64,000 nt of DNA from Octopus vulgaris (Eukaryota), in the NCBI GenBank assembly GCA_951406725.2, contig OX597818.1, positions 40,548,001 to 40,612,000 of the forward strand, in the 5' to 3' direction. The position numbers and the translations under genes are program-made. The notes beneath the pieces are model-generated. The model was not told the DNA's origin, did no database searches, and was given only the letters and a program-made list of their open reading frames with translations. Every line of letters begins with the position of its first letter. Position 1 is the stretch's first letter. Positions 55,541 to 64,000 of the stretch are shown one piece after another.

Positions 55541-56250
55541 CACATACATGTGCGAGTATCGATATGTATGCGTATCGTGTATTTATGCACAACTTATAGA
55601 CACATACGCAAATCTGGAAATCTTCCTCGGAAAAGTCGATACAAAGAAGACATCAAGTGTTTCGATATAGTCTTCATGACCTCCACATGAAGATATCAAA
55701 TATGATCGCCTTTCTCATCCTCTTACATCCACGCCGACTGGATTTTATTATCTGATTCCCTAACCACACACACACACACACACATAGACCTACAACAACC
55801 TACAACAACGCATAGACGAAAATTTCACATGCTATCCGAAATATGAATACACACGAAACACGTTATACAATAGGCTATAAACTACCCTGCCAGCAGGCCT
55901 CGATTTTAAGCTTAGAGCTATTTTCCTCCGCTTTCACAGTTAATGACCACGGGAAACTCATGAACGATATAACTCTTCCTTCCTTCCATATTCAATGAAA
56001 ATAAATGGTGCTGAACGCCAGTTAATACAAACGCTTGCATCGTTACAATCTCTACAAGAATCTTCTTCATAAATCAACTTTCAGACACAAATATATACAT
56101 ACATACATACATACATACATACATACGTATATATATATATATGTATGAGTGTGTGTGTGTATATATATATATACATACATATATATACACATATATATAT
56201 ATACATATATATACATACATACATATATATATATACATATATATACATAC

Positions 56251-56283
<33 letters not shown>

Positions 56284-56555
56284 CATATATATACATACAT
56301 ACATACATATATATATATATATGTATACGTACATGTGTATGTGTGTGTGTTGTGTGCGTGTGTATCTATATGTATGTATGTCATTGATTAGTTTTGTTTC
56401 AAGATTTCTTGCCAAACCTAGATTCAAGGCTCCTTCATTGGAATTTCAACATCAACAGTAAGGTATTTTTGTTTGTACGTATGTATGAATGTATGTATGT
56501 ATGTATGTATGTATGTATGTATGTATGTATGTATGTATGTATGTATGTATGTGTG
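53150..56555. repeat. Extensive (CATA)n/(TA)n/(CA)n/(CT)n microsatellite field with islands of unique sequence
   Basis: Seen directly. Confidence 0.9.
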
Positions 56556-57048
56556 CAGATTTTTATGTTTTGCTTTATGTATGTATTCTCATGCATATAG
56601 TTGCATATCTAGACATGCTCGTATATATTTAAATGATAAACTTCTGGAAAGTTTTACAGATTTTTACAGTTCCAGTGATGAATTCGATCTATAGTCTTTG
56701 AACTAGCTTTGCACTTACTGGTTTTGAGAAGCCTAATTTCTCAAATGGAATGTAGACAGTCTGTTACATATGCCTGGGCCCCAATAATTCCTGATATACA
56801 TATGAACTTGTAATCTGGATAGAGTAACTTCAGATTTCTCAATAGATCAGCGTAGGTGTTCTATTTTTCACTGATCGTCAGCTTTATGCTAACATCCGCT
56901 GGGCAGTTAATTTCCACAACTGTGCAGTTTCTCTTCTCTATTCCAAATCATTATGTCAGGTCTGTTGTGCTTACACTATATTGAGGTTTCACGGAGACAT
57001 TCCACCAGTACTCCTTTTCATTATGAATGGCTATGGTTTCTACCATGT
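56382..57048 (-). mobile_element. RLE non-LTR retrotransposon 3' end (R4/NeSL-like), decayed, embedded in (CATA)n
   Basis: Minus-strand translation across frameshifts: KEYWWNVSVK..CKHNRPDIMIWN..CTVVEINCPADVSIKLTISEK*NTYADLLRNLKLLYPDYKF..IIGAQAYV..GTVKICKTFQKFII* (stop at 56629-56631). The 3' UTR contains an internal (CATA)n. Confidence 0.85.
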
Positions 57049-57164
57049 TTGTATGTATGTATGTATGTATGTATGTATGTATGTATGTATGTATGTATGT
57101 ATGTATGTATGTATGTATGTAGGTATGCATGTATGTATGTATGTATGCATGTGTGTATGCATGC

Positions 57165-57552
57165 TCTCCTCTTTGTAATTTAGAATAAATTTTGATCGGC
57201 CACCTACTTGGTAGCAAGGTTGTGAAGGAAAGTATCTTGTATTAGCCATCAGTCTTGAAATCTTAAGAATGTAGATTTTTACAGCCCCATATCTCGTGAT
57301 CGTTTGTAGTATATAAATTGAGAATTTGCATTCTCTCTCCAAGATCCCAGGTTCAGTCATCTTTTGCTCCAGACGGGTTTATGAAACTTGTTGTTCCAAT
57401 AATAATAAGTATGAAGCCGAAAGTATATATTGGGTACTGGATTTGCAAACACATTATCAATGGTCCATAGATATCTTCTTTCTCCCGTATTTTTCTAATC
57501 ACATTCGTGTACAGGGGATGGGGAGCATGCCGAAACTTCGAAGTCCCTTTCA
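57165..57552 (-). mobile_element. Second, diverged RLE 3' end directly upstream of the previous one, also ending in (CATA)n
   Basis: PLYTNVIRKIREKEDIYGPLIMCLQIQYPIYTFGFILIIIGTTSFI..ILQTITRYGAVKI aligns by eye with PADVSIKLTISEK*NTYADLLRNLKLLYPDYKFICISGIIGAQAYV..ITGTVKI. Confidence 0.65.
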
Positions 57553-57694
57553 ATAAATTCTTTGTAAAAATTAAAAAAATATGCTCATTGCTAAAATTAT
57601 TTAGTAATCCTTCAGTTTAATTATAAATCGCTTACAAGACTTGCCATAAAAAAACCATTAATATGCATATATATTCACATATGTATACATATAA

Positions 57695-57749
<55 letters not shown>

Positions 57750-57801
57750 TACATGTATATGATATATGTATATTATATATATTATATTACATAATATATA
57801 A

Positions 57802-58243
57802 AAGACGGCGATCTGGCAGAATCGTTAGTACGCTGGATGAAATGCGTAGCTGTATTTTGTTTGCCGTTACGTTCAGAGTTCAAATTCCACCGAGGTCGAC
57901 ATTGCATTTCATCCTTTCGATGTCGATAAATTGAGTACCAGTTACGCAATGGGGTCGATGTAATTGTTTTATCCGTTTGTCTGTCCTTCTTTGTCCTTCT
58001 TTGTATACATATGTGAATGTATATGCATATTAATGGTCCTCTCTGTGTTTAGCCCCTTGTGGGTAGTAAAGAAATAGGTATTTCGTCTGCCGCCACTGTC
58101 TGACTTCAAATTCCGCCGTGGTCGGCTTTGCCTTTCATCCATTCGGGGTCAATACATTAAGTACCAGTAAAATACTGTTGTCAATGTAATCGACTAGTCC
58201 CTTTCAATCAAATTTCAGGCCCTGTGCTTTCAGCATAAAGGAT
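57802..58243 (+). mobile_element. SINE family A, dimeric, with a ~21-bp flanking duplication
   Basis: Head aagacggcgatctggcagaatcg. Flanks are tattatattacataatatata / tattatattacattatatata. Confidence 0.88.
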
Positions 58244-58484
58244 TATATTACATTATATATATATATATGTACATATATACAATAGGCTATAAACTACCCT
58301 GCCAGCAGGTCTCGATTTTAAGCTTAGATCTATTTTCCTCCGCTTTCACAGTTAATGACCACGGGTATATATATATATATATATATATGTATATGTATAA
58401 GGATGAAAAGGAACACATGAGTTGATATATATTAATGCTAAATAATGCTAAAATTATTTTAGCATTTTCTATTTTGACTTATTT

Positions 58485-58522
<38 letters not shown>

Positions 58523-58764
58523 AGAGAGAGTGGGGTGAGACAGCGAGCACACGTCATTGACCAGGCCTAAGAAGGCCGAAGCATAGGAGCTATTTTTTAT
58601 GCCCCGCGCCTACATATATTTATGTTTGTTTTTTAAAACACAGCGCTTCTATAACATAATCCCAGGCGAAAACCGTTGTATTTGGCCTGACAAATATATA
58701 TATATATGCTACAAGTATGTTACAAAGTCTGCTACAAAGATGGCTATTATATATGTAGATCCAT

Positions 58765-60398
<1,634 letters not shown>

Positions 60399-61342
60399 GT
60401 GCAGAATCAAACAAATTATGATTCCAATAATGAATAGATTATCGCTTGGAGCAAATAATTAATGTACATTCAAACAGACAATTTATGCTTTGTCTCTTTG
60501 TGTATTTAATAATAACGCCGACAAGTCATTTTAATTCTATTCGATATTTTTTCTTATTTTTAATCTATTTTTTTTTCTTCCACGCATGGCAATTGCGCGC
60601 GACTTCCTTTTGGAAAACGTAAAAATCTGTTTAATGTTTCTAACTTTCTTCCGCTGCTCCACCACAGATTCTTGTAACAAAACGATGCCTTGAAGAAGAT
60701 ATTAAATACATTTATTCGCTGTCATTTATCTTCAATGTTATTTATTTACTCGACTAAACGGAAAGCTATAAGTATGTATTATTTTTTCCTGTGCAGAAGA
60801 AGCAAAAATCACAAGACACACACATGTACAGCAAAATACAGACATACACACACTCACACACATGCACGCACACATAGAGGCTAACATAGAAATATTAAAT
60901 ACAAGAGTACATTCATACATGCATTCATACAAACAGACACGTGAATTTAAATGTGATATATATTGTTTAAGCACGTCTGCTATTCTAATATTAACTTCAA
61001 TTACACGGGCTTAATTCAATATGAAAAAGTCATAAAGCTTTCGTTAATTCAATTTCATCGTTTTTGTTTATAAATTTTAGCCAGCTTAGCCGTTTCTGTA
61101 CGGCTCTGTAAAAGCATTTCGAGGCAAGACATCAACTAAAACACAGACCATGTCATCCTTAAAGCGCTGCTATATAGACTACCGTACAAATATACAAGCC
61201 ACAAACTTGCAGAGTCGTTACAGCGTCTTATAAAAAAAACCCTGCTGTATTTATTCCACTTCTTGCGTTCTGCGTTTAAACCAGCTGAGATCAACTTTGA
61301 CTTCCATCATTTAGAAGATCAAATACAAAAATTTCAGGGCTG

Positions 61343-61762
61343 AAGGCGGTGAGCTGGCGGAAACGTTAGCACGCCGGGCGAAATGCGCAGCCGTATTTCG
61401 TCTGTCTTTACGTTCTAAGTTCAAATTCCACCGAGATCGACTTTGCCTTTCATCCTTTCGGGGTCGATTAAATAAGTACCAGTTACGAACTGGAGTCGAT
61501 ATAACCGACTTAATCTGTTTGTCTGTCCTTCTTTGTCCTCTCTGTGTTTAGCCCCTTGTGGGCAGTAAAGAAATATGTATTTCGTCTGTCTTTACGTTCT
61601 GAGTTCAAATTCCACCGAGGCCGACTTTGCCTTTCATCATTTCGGGGTCGATTAAATAAGAACCAGTTACGCACTGGAGTCGATATAATCGACTTAATCC
61701 GTTTGTTTGTCCTTGTTTGTCCTCTCTGTATTTAGCCCCTTCTGGGTAGTAAAGGAAAATAG
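61343..61762 (+). mobile_element. SINE family A, dimeric, with a ~21-bp target-site duplication
   Basis: Flanked by aaatacaaaaatttcagggctg (61321-61342) and aaataccaaaatttcaggctg (61763-61783). Confidence 0.92.
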
Positions 61763-61947
61763 AAATACCAAAATTTCAGGCTGTGGGACTTGTGGGGTGG
61801 GCTGGTTCTCAACCAGACTCAATATATTTCTTGGGGGTCCACATAAGATTTTGTTGCTAAAATTTATCTGCAATAAACTGATTGTACTTCCACAATACAC
61901 AAACTATTCTAACATTTTTTTAATATAATTCCTAATAATATTTGATA

Positions 61948-62249
61948 GTGGAGGCGCAGTGGCACAGTGTTTAGGGCAGTGGACTCGCGGTCGGAGAATC
62001 GCGGTTTCGATTCCCAGACCGGGCGTTGTGTGTGTTTATTGAGCGAAAACACCTAAAAGCTCCACGAGGCTCCGGCAGGGGGTGGTGGCGACCCCTGTTG
62101 TACTCTTTCGCCCCAACTTTCTCTCACCCTTTCTTCCTGTGTCTTGGGTAACGCTGCGATGGACTGGCGTCCCGTCCAGCTGGTGGAGAACACATACGCC
62201 ACAGAAACCGAGAAACCGGGCCCATGAGCCTGGCTAGGCTTGAAAAGGG
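61948..62249 (+). mobile_element. Chimeric SINE: family C head and body with a family D tail
   Basis: 61948-62140 matches the C copy at 16424. 62152-62249 matches the D tail at 39512-39606. Confidence 0.88.
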
Positions 62250-62745
62250 TGAAAAGAAAAGAATAATATTTAATTATAAAAAATATAATCGGATTTTTTT
62301 TCGAAACATTGAGGCTTGGAGAGTCCATTCGCGTAAAATAGGAATCAAAAGGTTTCATACTTTTTATTGCGATCTGAGTTCAAATTCCACCGGATACTAC
62401 TTGGGCGCTAGACTTAATCAATCATTCGATTTGGTCCTTCGGTGCCCACCTGTGTTAGAGGCCATAAAAGGTTCATGACCACTGCCTTCCCTCTTGGTTA
62501 AAATAAAGATAGTTACTCGACCTGCTAATGATAGCAACTAAATCTTCCTCAAAATTTACACTAATATATTAAATAAGGTACGGATCCATTAACTATTATA
62601 GTCTTACACTTTCGGGAAGATTACAACTGGAACACCTTTGATCATAGCTAAGCTCGAACAGGGAAGACCTGGAGCTTTACATCACAACTACTGCCCGAAT
62701 TTAGGGTAAGGGAAAAAGTGATCTCATTTTGCATTTTATTAAAAT

Positions 62746-63730
62746 TTAATCCAGTCTAAAATTCCCATCTTTATCAATGAATTCCTTCCATCTGCTCATC
62801 AGTTTTTTAATTCCATTTTTAGAAAACTCATTTGGTTTTGATGAAATGAAGGAAGAGAGGTCAGTTTCGACCTTTTTTGGGCTTTTGAGTACTAATCCAT
62901 TTAAATGATTCTGCAAGCTTTGAAACTAATGGTAATCAGAAGGAATGAGGTCATAGGAATAAGGCAGGTGAGCGATTTTTCCCATCCAAATTCTTCGATA
63001 TTTTCTTATGTAATCTTTGCAATGAGGAACCTTGCATTACCATGATGAAACACCACTCCCTTGCGATTCGCCAAAGCAGGCCTCCTGTTTTTACTTCAAA
63101 GCAGTGTCGAAATGCTCTCATTATTGGCAACAGGTGTAAGTAGTAACTGTTGAATGAGTTGGTAGCGGCTCAAAGTGGACGACTCCAATGCAAATCCACT
63201 ATACAGAAAGAAGAATCTTTGTTACATGGACGTCCTTTTTGGGTTGTGGTTTAGCCTGTTCTCAACAACTAAGTCATTGCCTGCACCGCTTAATATTTTC
63301 ATAAAATATCTGTTTATTGTCGCCAGCCCAAAAATGGTGAGATACATTCATGAAAGTGAAGAGATGCGCATATTTTCACTCGTGATTTTTGGCTGGCTTC
63401 TATCAAGTCATTGGAAACTGATTTTCCAAGTTTGAGCGCTTTTCCAAGCTGTTGAAGATAGCAGTGAACAGTTGAATGGCTTGACTTGAGTTTGCCTGCT
63501 AATTCTTCAACTGACACAGCATTATTCTTCTCAAGCTCAGATGTCAAATTCAAGCTCATCGTCAACAGGGCGTCCTGTTCGTGGCCTTTCTCTTAGGCTG
63601 AAATTAACACTTTTGAACTTTTCAAACCATCTTCCGCAACGTATTTCGTTCAAGCACTCTCCTCATAAGCAGAATGCATATTTCAGGTTACTTCTGCTGC
63701 ATTACTTCCCTTTTTAAACTCATGAAGCAT
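62746..63730 (-). pseudogene. mariner (DD34D-type) transposase, near full length but decayed; element ~62701-63922
   Basis: N-terminus MLHEFKKGSNAAE..WFEKFKSVNFSLRERPRTGRP. C-terminus RPALANRKGVVFHHGNAR..PYSYDLIPSDYH*FQSLQNHL..GIKKLMSRWKEFIDKDGN. Multiple stops and frameshifts. Confidence 0.88.
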
Positions 63731-63923
63731 CTATCTTTGAGGGATTAATATTAGCTATTAGTTCTGTCTGATTATCCCGCAAAACGAAATTATATTAACT
63801 TAAAGGATTCCAAATTCATATGGGTATCAATCAAATACCATTTGATATTTTAGAAAAATGTAGAATCTGATTGAAATTAGATATATGACATTTCGGACAT
63901 TATTTATGAGATGACCTGGTATA

Positions 63924-64000
63924 TACGAGGGGTGTATGAAAAGTCTTGAGCCTAAAAGAAAAACAAAAAAAAAAAAACATGGTACAAGACTTTTGATGAA
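63924..64000. mobile_element. Possible start (terminal inverted repeat) of another mariner-type element, cut by the window end
   Basis: ta-cgagggggtgtatgaaaagt resembles TA-flanked mariner termini. No partner repeat is visible. Confidence 0.35.

Overview
This is AT-rich, microsatellite-saturated metazoan DNA. The repeat families look cephalopod (Octopus-like) to me, which is an inference from recall and not from a database search. I can support no host protein-coding gene: almost all of the ORF track is translated (TA)n/(CA)n/(CATA)n/(CTAT)n/trinucleotide repeat. The window is a transposon graveyard. It holds about 30 copies of four tRNA-derived SINE families (my labels A-D), and a 5'-truncated but nearly intact Penelope-like element (PLE; RT plus C-terminal GIY-YIG, one frameshift; ~41620-43775, minus strand). 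It also has a Dong/R4-type restriction-like-endonuclease (RLE) retrotransposon 3' end inside (TAA)n, and a second RLE lineage whose three copies all sit in (CATA)n. Decayed CR1/L2-group LINEs, a DD37D (maT-type) transposase and a mariner transposase are also present. The most notable pattern is at least seven minimal type I hammerhead-ribozyme-like motifs, from about five unrelated sequence families and mostly with non-canonical cores (U4C, A6U, C3U/G8A). They lie in short microsatellite-anchored PLE-type terminal fragments, some of which form long palindromes. A second pattern is an apparent division of microsatellite targets among three retroelement groups. Coordinates were read by eye, and the ends of decayed repeats are approximate.
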